Below, in pieces: positions 8,404-15,637 of a stretch of 64,000 nt of DNA. The stretch comes from an uncultured Kiloniellales bacterium. Lineage in GTDB: Bacteria > Pseudomonadota > Alphaproteobacteria > Kiloniellales > JAKSDN01. The notes under the pieces were generated by a model. It was not told where the DNA came from and did no database searches. It saw only the letters and a list, made by a program, of their open reading frames with translations. The stretch is from NCBI GenBank assembly GCA_947258885.1, contig CAMYKD010000018.1, forward strand, positions 27,150-91,149, in the 5' to 3' direction. Position numbers and translations under genes: made by a program. Numbering within the stretch: the first letter of the stretch is position 1; the number at the start of each line of letters is the position of its first letter.

Positions 8404-9048
8404 CTAGCTGTCGCTGATCAGAACCAACCGCGTCTTCCACTGGCCCTCGGGCGCGCGGCAGGCGATGGCGCGGCGAATCTCCGATTTGCCGTCCAGCGCC
8501 TCCAACGCGGTGTATTCCCGGCACCACTGGCCGCCTCTGTTCTTGAAGGTGCGCACCGGCGTAATCTCGCCGGTCTTGCCGCTGTCCGGATTGCGCCAGG
8601 CAGCGGCCTCGCCGCTCACATTTTTCTCCAAGGCCTGGGTTAACGCCGCTTCCCTGACCCGCTGATCCGCCTGCCCGACGGCGTGGAGCCGGGCGATCTC
8701 CTGCTCGACCCGGTAGTCGACCAACAGGAACCCGCCGCCCAGCCCGACGATCAGCATGGCAAGCGACGCGGCAAGCGCAACGGGCCAAGGACTGCGCCAG
8801 GGACCGCTGCGGCTCGCCCGCTCGGCGGACGTTGCCTGGATCGCCTGGAGGACGCGGGCCGGAACCGGCGCGTTCAACGGTTCGTTGAAGGCCGAGCGCA
8901 ACAGCTCGGCGCTCTCGCGCAGCCGGCGGACGGTTTCGCGGGCTTCGGAATCCCCGGCAAGCGCCGCTTCCACGCGCGCAGTCTCGCTCTGGTCGAGTTG
9001 TCCGTCTACGTAGGCGACCAAGAATTCCGGATCGATAAATTGGGTCAT
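8404..9048 (-). CDS. anti-sigma factor, single TM, periplasmic surface-antigen-like Cys-pair domain
   Basis: Start at MTQFIDPEFLVAYVDGQLDQSETARVEAALAGDSEARETV, an anti-sigma N-terminal helix-type sequence. ATG 9048 lies 4 nt after the sigma stop. TM segment: WPVALAASLAMLIVGLGGGFLLV. C-terminal domain: W.NPDSGKTGEITPVRTFKNRGGQWCREY...ACRAPEGQW. Confidence 0.8.
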   Translation of the reverse strand: MTQFIDPEFLVAYVDGQLDQSETARVEAALAGDSEARETVRRLRESAELLRSAFNEPLNAPVPARVLQAIQATSAERASRSGPWRSPWPVALAASLAMLIVGLGGGFLLVDYRVEQEIARLHAVGQADQRVREAALTQALEKNVSGEAAAWRNPDSGKTGEITPVRTFKNRGGQWCREYTALEALDGKSEIRRAIACRAPEGQWKTRLVLISDS

Positions 9049-9052
9049 GACG

Positions 9053-9586
9053 TCACCTCGCCGGTTCCGGGGTCGGGGTCGGCTGTTCGCCGCCAACGAA
9101 GGCTTTCAGGGCCAGCCGCGCCCGGGCGAGGCGGCTGGTCACGGTGCCGATGGGCAGCTCCAGCATTTCCGAGACCTCCCGGTAGGACAGGCCCTCCACG
9201 GTAACAAGCAGCAGGATGGTCTTCTGCTCCTCGGGCAAGCGATCGACGAAACCGCGCACCGCCTCGAAGGTCATCTGCGCCTCGGCGGCCCGCACTCCGT
9301 CCACCGTGCCGTGCTCGACCGGGTCGATGCTGGCCAGGTGCTGGCCGCGCACGCCCTTGGCGCGCAGGTCGTTCAGATGGAGGTTGCGTGCGATGCGATA
9401 CATCCAACTGTCCAGCCGGGTCCCCGGTTGCCATTGATCGATGTGGCGGATCGCCCTTTCGCAGGTCGCCTGCAAAAGGTCGTCGCCGTCGTGCACAGAG
9501 CCGGTCAGGCCGTAGGCGAAGCGGCGCAGTCGGGGCAGAAACGCGAGCATTTCACGGCGAATCGTCTCGTCCAACTCTGATCGCAC
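9053..9586 (-). CDS. ECF (extracytoplasmic function) RNA polymerase sigma-70 family factor
   Basis: 177 aa. Region 2: DLLQATCERAIRHIDQWQPGTRLDSWMYRIARNLHLNDLRA. Region 4: LPEEQKTILLLVTVEGLSYREVSEMLELPIGTVTSRLARARLAL. GTG start at 9586; an alternative ATG lies at 9550. Confidence 0.9.
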   Translation of the reverse strand: MRSELDETIRREMLAFLPRLRRFAYGLTGSVHDGDDLLQATCERAIRHIDQWQPGTRLDSWMYRIARNLHLNDLRAKGVRGQHLASIDPVEHGTVDGVRAAEAQMTFEAVRGFVDRLPEEQKTILLLVTVEGLSYREVSEMLELPIGTVTSRLARARLALKAFVGGEQPTPTPEPAR

Positions 9587-9663
9587 CCTTTGCCTGAGAC
9601 CACCCTGGAGACCCTGGTGGACCTGAAGTGTCCCGGATCCTCGAGGACCGACCTCAATTCAAC

Positions 9664-9688
9664 AACACGCGAAATCGGGGTTTATTCC
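9664..9688 (-). promoter_or_regulatory. ECF-type promoter candidate upstream of the sigma gene (autoregulation)
   Basis: On the minus strand it reads GGAAT-AAACCCCGATTTCGCG-TGTT (N16). It lies 77 nt upstream of the sigma start at 9586. Confidence 0.55.
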
Positions 9689-9777
9689 CCCTGCACGACG
9701 CTATTACACTACTCAGTACCAGAGAAACCGACCTACGTTATGGTTAACGACCGTGTACGAAAAGACCCTTGGTCGGC

Positions 9778-9802
9778 GGAAGATTTCTTGCCCTGAGGTG
9801 TT
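9778..9802 (+). promoter_or_regulatory. ECF-type promoter candidate upstream of G/S-rich gene 2
   Basis: GGAAG-ATTTCTTGCCCTGAGG-TGTT (N16), 87 nt upstream of ATG 9890. It is divergent from the sigma-gene promoter candidate. Confidence 0.55.
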
Positions 9803-9889
9803 ATTTGGGCAAGACAGGTAGAGGTGGCGCTCCCTCGCGCCAGTCGCGGGGATCGCGGCAAAGAGTTACACACGGGCAGGAAGCAGTCG

Positions 9890-10432
9890 ATGTCGATCAA
9901 CCAGTTCCGGCGCAATCTTCGCCTACTCGCCTCGACCAGCGTCTTGGCCTGCGCGATTATTGGGGCGCCGGTCTCCGTACGGGTCCAGCTGGACGGCCCG
10001 GGTTGGCATTTCGAAGCGCCTCTGATCGGTTCCGGAGTTTTTCGTCATACCTCCGGCGAGAGCTTGGAGCCCGGCACCGCGGAGCTCGGTACCGACAGGA
10101 GCGCTGACGAAGCGCGGCGCAAGGCCCTGGCGCGCCTCGGCCTGGGTGAAGGCACACCCTATGAGCCTCCCGTATTGCTCACCCTGAGCCAGGCCCAGGC
10201 AGCGTCCGGCAGTGGCAGCGGTGGTGACAGCGGCGGTGATAGCGGTTCCTCAGGGGGCGACGACTCCGGTGGCAACAGCGGCCCCGGAGGGGCATCCGGC
10301 CCAAGCAGCGGCACATCGGGGACTTCCGGTACGGCCGGCGCGAGTGGCGGCAGCTTTGGCGACGTGGAGCAGGCAGGCCCCAGTCTCAGCCAGGATGAAG
10401 AGGCGACAGCGATCAGCACCGGTTGGCAGTGA
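9890..10432 (+). CDS. Gly/Ser-rich protein 2: own N-terminal signal, an internal copy of the conserved leader module, then a G/S-rich tail
   Basis: Preferred ATG 9890 (AGGAAG upstream). Signal: MSINQFRRNLRLLASTSVLACAIIGAPVS. After ~60 aa comes ...DEARRKALARLGLGEGTPYEPPVLLTLSQAQAASGSGSGGDSGGDSGSSGGDDSGGNSGPGG.... The track ORF starts at GTG 9824. Confidence 0.7.
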   Translation: MSINQFRRNLRLLASTSVLACAIIGAPVSVRVQLDGPGWHFEAPLIGSGVFRHTSGESLEPGTAELGTDRSADEARRKALARLGLGEGTPYEPPVLLTLSQAQAASGSGSGGDSGGDSGSSGGDDSGGNSGPGGASGPSSGTSGTSGTAGASGGSFGDVEQAGPSLSQDEEATAISTGWQ

Positions 10433-10812
10433 GTAGCCGCGTCCCGAATCCTTACTATGGACTGCCGTGGCTGGCAGCTTTCATGCTCGCGTCATGCACG
10501 GCGCAGGGTCCGGGATCATCCCAGGAGGCGGCGCGGGACACGTTCTACGATGGCTTGAGCACCGAGGAAATCGCGGTCGCGCAGCAGGCCGTCCAAGAGG
10601 CGCTCGAAAGCCGGCTGAGCAACGAGACGTCCCAGTGGACGTACCCAAACGGCAGCTCAGGCTCGGTCACGCCGCTCCGCACCTTCCGCACCAAGACGGG
10701 TCACTATTGCCGGGACTATGCCGAATCCCTCGCCAAGGGGTCTCAGCCGGGCTCCACCGTCAGGACGGCATGCCGCGGCAGCCAGGGTATATGGCGGGTG
10801 GTCAAGCGCTAA
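10423..10812 (+). CDS. lipoprotein with surface-antigen-like Cys-pair domain (paralog of the anti-sigma periplasmic domain)
   Basis: TTG 10423 (or GTG 10429) overlaps the end of the upstream gene. Lipobox: AAFMLASC. Domain: SQWTYPNGSSGSVTPLRTFRTKTGHYCRDY...ACRGSQGIW. It aligns position for position with the anti-sigma C-terminus. Confidence 0.7.
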   Translation: MAVSSRVPNPYYGLPWLAAFMLASCTAQGPGSSQEAARDTFYDGLSTEEIAVAQQAVQEALESRLSNETSQWTYPNGSSGSVTPLRTFRTKTGHYCRDYAESLAKGSQPGSTVRTACRGSQGIWRVVKR

Positions 10813-11080
10813 CGTCGGCCCCAGAGCGCTGGACCGCGCTCGACTTCGCGGTGCTCGCACGCATCGACAGCGTCAGCAACGCCGGAGGACAGCAAAACCA
10901 GCACGCCCGGCGAGCCGGCTAAGTCCGCCGGCGGTTTCGGCTGTCTCGAACAGATGGGCCCCGACCTGAGCACCGGCGACGAGGCCGAGGCCATCCAGCG
11001 TGGAGGGCAATAACAGCCACGCCTCGGATCGCCCTGCAGGGCCTGATCGGCAACCAAACCCCGCACTCGACAGACCGCGC

Positions 11081-11319
11081 CTAGCCCGCATTTCTCACAC
11101 TGTCCACGGTCTGCGTCGCGTTCAGGCGGTGCGCTCGGCTAGGAGAAGGGCGAAAAGCGCAGCCGTAGCTACGGTTGAGGCTTTCGACGCGGCCGACACC
11201 CGGCTGGGCGCGACCCAGCCGTGCGGCGCGATGCTGAAGCATCGGGCAAGCGGCTTGACGCACCCTGTTGGCGGGACAGCGTCGCGCAGACCATGGACAG
11301 TGTGAGAAATGCGGGCTAG
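11081..11319. repeat. ~239-bp element bounded by 35-bp inverted repeats (MITE-like element or long-stem structured RNA)
   Basis: The left arm at 11081-11115 is CTAGCCCGCATTTCTCACACTGTCCACGGTCTGCG. The right arm at 11285-11319 is its reverse complement with one mismatch. The interior holds several short palindromes (CCGTAGCTACGG, GGCTGGG..CCCAGCC, GATGCT..AGCATC). No credible ORF. Confidence 0.7.
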
Positions 11320-11391
11320 CGGCGGACTTACGGGTCTCGTCTACCGGTGGCCTTCCCGATCTCCCCGCACGAACTTTTCTTTCGCCGCGCG

Positions 11392-11416
11392 GGAAGAAAT
11401 CGCCGTTCGGCGTGTT
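11392..11416 (+). promoter_or_regulatory. ECF-type promoter candidate upstream of G/S-rich gene 3
   Basis: GGAAG-AAATCGCCGTTCGGCG-TGTT (N16), 56 nt upstream of ATG 11473. Confidence 0.6.
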
Positions 11417-11472
11417 TGGTTAATGGAAGGTTAACGCACTCCCTTTGTCCTACGCTCGAGAGGAGTTATGTC

Positions 11473-11877
11473 ATGAGCAACAAAACCGAAGAGAAAGCGA
11501 CCGACGGGCTCACGGCCGAAATGAATCGCCGCAGGGCACTTGCCCGCATTGGCTTGGGCGTTTCCGTTGCCTATGCAGCACCGGTCCTGATGAACCTAAG
11601 CCAAGCGGCGGCGTCGTCCGGCAGCGGTTCGAGCGGACCGAGCGGCCACGGCGGGCCGGACGGCGACGAAGGGTCGAGCGGCCACAGCGGGCCGAGCGGC
11701 CACGGCGAGTCGAGCGGCGACGAAGGGTCGAGCGGCGACGAAGGGTCGAGCGGCCACAGCGGGCCGAGCGACTATAGCGAAGGGCCCAGCTCTCCCTCGG
11801 GACCGAGCGACTATAGCGAAGGGCCCACCTCTCCCTCGGGACCGAGCGACTATAGCGAAGGGCCCACCTATCGCTAA
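11473..11877 (+). CDS. small Gly/Ser/His/Asp-rich protein 3 with conserved twin-Arg leader and tandem SDYSEGP repeats
   Basis: 134 aa from ATG 11473 (GAGGAG upstream). Sequence: MSNKTEEKATDGLTAEMNRRRALARIGLGVSVAYAAPVLMNLSQAAA|SSGSGSSGPSGHGG...(SGPSDYSEGPxSP)x3...TYR. The N-terminus and leader are collinear with gene 1. Confidence 0.75.
   Translation: MSNKTEEKATDGLTAEMNRRRALARIGLGVSVAYAAPVLMNLSQAAASSGSGSSGPSGHGGPDGDEGSSGHSGPSGHGESSGDEGSSGDEGSSGHSGPSDYSEGPSSPSGPSDYSEGPTSPSGPSDYSEGPTYR
11761..11870 (+). repeat. 39-bp in-frame tandem repeat (~2.8 copies) inside G/S-rich gene 3
   Basis: GG(G/A)CCGAGCGACTATAGCGAAGGGCCCA(G/C)CTCTCCCTCG occurs at 11761, 11800 and, truncated, at 11839. GGCGACGAAGGGTCGAGC is also repeated three times between ~11663 and 11751. 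Confidence 0.9.
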
Positions 11878-11991
11878 GAATCGAGGGGTCCTTCGGGCTC
11901 GATCGGTCTCACGCCGACCTAATCTCGGGGATCCTCGAGAACGCGGCAGAGAAAGCAGCGTTCGGAATGTGATGCGCGGCGAGGCCGGCCC

Positions 11992-13392
11992 CTACCCGGC
12001 CTCGCCGAGGCATTCGTCGAGGATGCCGAGCGCCCGGTCCATTTCGTCTTCGGTGACGACGAGCGGCGGGCTCAGGGTCAGCACGCTGCCCATGGTGGTT
12101 TTGAAGCTGAGCCCGCGGTCGAGCGCCCGATACAGGACCTCCTCGGTGGCCTCCGTCGCGGGCTCCTTGCTCTCCCTGTCGGCCACCAGCTCCAGTCCGA
12201 GCAGCAGCCCGCGCCCGCGCACGTCGCCGACCAAGCGATGCCGGTCCTTCAGGTCGTGCAACCGTTCGAGCGCGCGGGCCCCGACCTCGGCGGCATGCTC
12301 GACCAGCCCCTCCTGCTCGATGATCTCGATCGTGGTGAGCGCCGCCCGGGCGGTCACCGGGTTCTTTTCGTGGGTGTAGTGGCCGACCGCCCAGGCACCG
12401 GCCGCGTCCAGCCCGGGCTGGCAAAGCACGGCCGCAATGGGCAGCATGCCGCCGCCCAGCGCCTTGCCGAGAACCAGGATGTCCGGCACCACCGCCTCGT
12501 GCTCGCAGGCGAACATGCGCCCGGTCCGGCCCAGCCCGGTCGGGATCTCGTCGAAGATCAAGAGCGCCCCATGGTCGTCGCAGGCCTGGCGCACCGCCTG
12601 CCAGAAGCCCGGCGGCGGCAGGTAAGGCACGGCACGGGCCGGCTCGGCGACCACCGCCGCCACGTCGCCCTCCTTCTCCAGCACGTAGCGTACGAAATTG
12701 GCGCAGGTCATGTGGCAGAGATCGAGCTGTGGCCGACCGTCGCGATCCGGATAGCCATAGGGGCAGCGGTAGCAGGTGAAGGGGGCGACATGCTCGCCGC
12801 CCGGCAGCAGCGGCCCGACCGGCCCGGAGCGGAATAGCTGCTCGCCGCCAACGCTGGCGCCGCCGAAGCCCGCGCCGTGGAAAGAATCCCAGAACGACAC
12901 GGTCTTGTGCCGGCCCGTGGCCGCGCGGGCGACCTTGAGCGCCACGTCGATCGCGTCGGATCCGCCGGTCGTGAACAGCGCCTTGGAGAGCGCGCCCGGC
13001 GAGATCCCGGCCAGCTTGCGCGCCAGCGCCACGGCCGGCTCGCAGGTAAAGCGCCGCGGCGCGAAGGGCAACTCGTCGAGCTGCGCCTTGATCGCCGCCT
13101 TGAGCCGCGGATGGCCGTAGCCGATGTGATGGACGTTGTTGCCGTGGAAGTCCATGTAGCGCCGGCCGGCCAGGTCCTCGATCCAAATGCCCTCGGCGCG
13201 GCGCACGACCGAAAGGCAGGGCGTCGAGATCGACTGGTGCAGAAAGTAGCGGGCGTCCTGCTCGACCAGCGCCCGGGTCGCCGCATCGTGGGTCGCCGCC
13301 GTCCAGCGCCGCCGGCGTTCGGAGGTGTTGCTCTCGCCTTCCGAGAGATGCGGCACGGCTCCCGGCTTGACCTTGCCCTCATTTGTGCTCAT
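11992..13392 (-). CDS. class-III (fold-type I) PLP aminotransferase-family enzyme; candidate PbfA-type (R)-1-hydroxy-2-aminoethylphosphonate ammonia-lyase
   Basis: Start at MSTNEGKV (ATG 13392). Motifs: FTTGGSDAIDVALKVAR, LLIFDEIPTGLGRTG, VLGKALGGG (PLP Lys). Located directly downstream of phnW and phnX on the same strand. The PbfA assignment comes from context only. Confidence 0.8.
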   Translation of the reverse strand: MSTNEGKVKPGAVPHLSEGESNTSERRRRWTAATHDAATRALVEQDARYFLHQSISTPCLSVVRRAEGIWIEDLAGRRYMDFHGNNVHHIGYGHPRLKAAIKAQLDELPFAPRRFTCEPAVALARKLAGISPGALSKALFTTGGSDAIDVALKVARAATGRHKTVSFWDSFHGAGFGGASVGGEQLFRSGPVGPLLPGGEHVAPFTCYRCPYGYPDRDGRPQLDLCHMTCANFVRYVLEKEGDVAAVVAEPARAVPYLPPPGFWQAVRQACDDHGALLIFDEIPTGLGRTGRMFACEHEAVVPDILVLGKALGGGMLPIAAVLCQPGLDAAGAWAVGHYTHEKNPVTARAALTTIEIIEQEGLVEHAAEVGARALERLHDLKDRHRLVGDVRGRGLLLGLELVADRESKEPATEATEEVLYRALDRGLSFKTTMGSVLTLSPPLVVTEDEMDRALGILDECLGEAG

Positions 13393-13543
13393 GGCTTTGC
13401 GCTGTGCTCCAAGGCCGCGACATGGACGACTGCCAGGTCGAAGGCATCGGTTCGCGGTCCCGCGCCGGACGGGTCCCGCTTGGCGCGTCACTGGACTTGC
13501 GGCGCCAAGCGGGACGGGTTCGGACCGATGAACGCCTTTCGAG

Positions 13544-14398
13544 CTATGGCTTTTCGCCGCGGGCCAGGCGCTCGTTGACGTCGTCGATGACCTCGGGCAG
13601 CTGGGTGAACTCGTCGATGACGTAGTGGGCACCCGCCTTGCGCAGGATCTCCCGAGTCAGGGCCAGGCGACGCTGCATCTCCTCGTCGGGCAGGCTCTTG
13701 GCCTCGTCGAGCGAATTGACGTTCATGTAGTTGCTATAGCGGGCGATGCCGACGCCCCAGCAGCCGGCTTCCAGGGCCTCGCCGACGCCCGAGACGGTGT
13801 CGTCGACCTTCACGACGGACTGGATCGGATGCACGTCCAGCATGTCCAGGTTGCGATAGACCATAAAGGGCTTGGGGCGCGCGCCGTGCTCGACCTCGTC
13901 GCCGGCGACCGAGGCATCGGGCGTGTAGCCCTGCTTCTTGGCGTCCTCCTCGAGGATGTCGACCATGGAGCGCACGAAGCCGGTCGAGCTGCCGATCTTG
14001 ATGCCGTAGTCGTTCTGCAGCCTCTGCGTGGTCTCGGCCACGCCGGGCAGCAGGTCCGTGTACTGGCGCAAGCACTCGAGCTGCATCGGCACGAAGTCCG
14101 CGAACATGCGGTCGATGTCGCCCTGGTCGGGGTCCTTGCCGTGGACCGCCTTCCAGCGTTCGCGGATCTCAGGCACCTCGGTCAGCGCCTTGATGTGAAG
14201 ATCCTTCCTGAGCCCCATGGGCCCCCGGGCCTCGAGCATGGAGATCTCGACACCGTGCTTCCCGAACACGTCGACGAAAACCACGGCAGGAGCCAGCACA
14301 TAGGCGTCAGCGGTGGTGCCGCTCCAATCCAGAACGATCCCCTTGACCTTGCCCCTGTAGCTTCTGGTGTAAACGTAATCCGAACGCAGACTCATCAT
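13544..14398 (-). CDS. phnX: phosphonoacetaldehyde hydrolase (phosphonatase)
   Basis: 284 aa. HAD motif I in the PhnX context (IVLDWSGTTAD). Adjacent to phnW. Confidence 0.9.
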   Translation of the reverse strand: MMSLRSDYVYTRSYRGKVKGIVLDWSGTTADAYVLAPAVVFVDVFGKHGVEISMLEARGPMGLRKDLHIKALTEVPEIRERWKAVHGKDPDQGDIDRMFADFVPMQLECLRQYTDLLPGVAETTQRLQNDYGIKIGSSTGFVRSMVDILEEDAKKQGYTPDASVAGDEVEHGARPKPFMVYRNLDMLDVHPIQSVVKVDDTVSGVGEALEAGCWGVGIARYSNYMNVNSLDEAKSLPDEEMQRRLALTREILRKAGAHYVIDEFTQLPEVIDDVNERLARGEKP

Positions 14399-14491
14399 GT
14401 CCTCCTATGGATTTGTCCCACGGGTGCCGGGCCGGCTCCCTATTTCTACGCGTTTGCTTCGCCGGGCCGACAAGCCCGCCTTCCGCCGACC

Positions 14492-15637
14492 TCAGGCGGC
14501 CGCCGGCATACAGTTGGCCACGCCCATTTCGCCGAGCGTCTCGCGGATGGCGGCGAGCGCGCCTTCCATCTGTTCGGGTCCCAGGCGGCCGATGCAGCCG
14601 ATGCGAAAGCTGTCGGCAACGGTCAGCTTGCCCGGATAAATGACATAGCCGCTCCGGCGCAGCCGGTCGTAGAAGGCCTCGAAGTCGAACTTCGGATCGA
14701 CCGGCTTGTGAAATGTCACGATGACCGGCGCCTGCAGCGCGTCGGGCAGCAGCGTGCGAAAGCCGAGCGCGCGCATGCCCTCGATCAGGATCCGGCAGTT
14801 CCGGGCGTATCGCGCGCCGCGTCCCGCGACACCGCCCTCGGCCTCGAACTCCTCGAGTGCCCGGTCGAAGGCGAGGATGCAGTGGGTCGGCGGCGTGAAG
14901 CGCCACTGGCCGTTCTGTTCCATCGAAACCCATTGGTCGTAGAGATCGAGGCTGAGCGAAGGGCTGTTGCCCTTGGTCCGCTCCAGCGCCTCCTTGCGTG
15001 CGATGCAGAAACCCATGCCGGGCACGCCTTCCAGGCATTTGTTGGACGAGGCCACCACGGCATCGAAGGGTATCGCGCGCGCGTCCAGCGGGATCGCCCC
15101 GAAGGCGCTCATCGCGTCGATCAGGAGGCCTCGGCCGTGCCTGGCCGTCACTTCGGCCACGGCCTGGAGCGGGTTGAGGATGCCCGAGGTCGTCTCGCAG
15201 TGGACCACGGCGACATGGCTTACTTCGCGGTCGGCAGCCAGTGCGGCGTCGAGCGCTTGGGGATCGACCGGCGTGTCCTCGGGCGTTTCCTGGATCACCG
15301 TGGCGCGGTCGTAGTACTCGCAGATCCGGGCGATCCGCTTGCCGTAGGCGCCGTTCACCAGGACCAGGACCTTGCCGTCGGGCGGCACGAAGTTGCCCAT
15401 CATGGCCTCGACCACGAAGGTGCCGCTGCCTTGGAGCGGCACGCAGACGTGGCCGTCATCGCCGTTCACGATCTCGACCAGCCGCTCGCGGACCCGCCGG
15501 TTGACCGCGATGAAACGCGTATCGCGCGAGCCGTAGTCGTGCAGCATGGCCTCTTTGATACCTGGCGAGGTGGTCAGCGGGCCGGGTGTGAGCAGCCAGG
15601 GGTCGCCGGTCGGCGAAGCGGAAGGTGCGGTGGTCAT
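14492..15637 (-). CDS. phnW: 2-aminoethylphosphonate--pyruvate transaminase
   Basis: Start at MTTAPSASPTGDPWLLTPGPLTTS (ATG 15637, GAGGGGA RBS). Class-V aminotransferase fold with SSNKCLEG (PLP Lys). The track ORF extends to 15694. Confidence 0.9.
   Translation of the reverse strand: MTTAPSASPTGDPWLLTPGPLTTSPGIKEAMLHDYGSRDTRFIAVNRRVRERLVEIVNGDDGHVCVPLQGSGTFVVEAMMGNFVPPDGKVLVLVNGAYGKRIARICEYYDRATVIQETPEDTPVDPQALDAALAADREVSHVAVVHCETTSGILNPLQAVAEVTARHGRGLLIDAMSAFGAIPLDARAIPFDAVVASSNKCLEGVPGMGFCIARKEALERTKGNSPSLSLDLYDQWVSMEQNGQWRFTPPTHCILAFDRALEEFEAEGGVAGRGARYARNCRILIEGMRALGFRTLLPDALQAPVIVTFHKPVDPKFDFEAFYDRLRRSGYVIYPGKLTVADSFRIGCIGRLGPEQMEGALAAIRETLGEMGVANCMPAAA

Noticed and set aside
9824-9889. 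Upstream GTG start for G/S-rich gene 2 (MALPRASRGDRGKELHTGRKQS...)
   Set aside because: ATG 9890 has an AGGAAG RBS and begins a proper signal peptide. The extension would start only ~20 nt after the promoter candidate and adds a non-signal basic segment.
11000-11305. 101-aa ORF spanning the inverted-repeat element
   Set aside because: The ORF runs through both arms of the inverted repeat, has no RBS and has an Arg/Ala-rich composition. The region is better explained as a non-coding repeat element.
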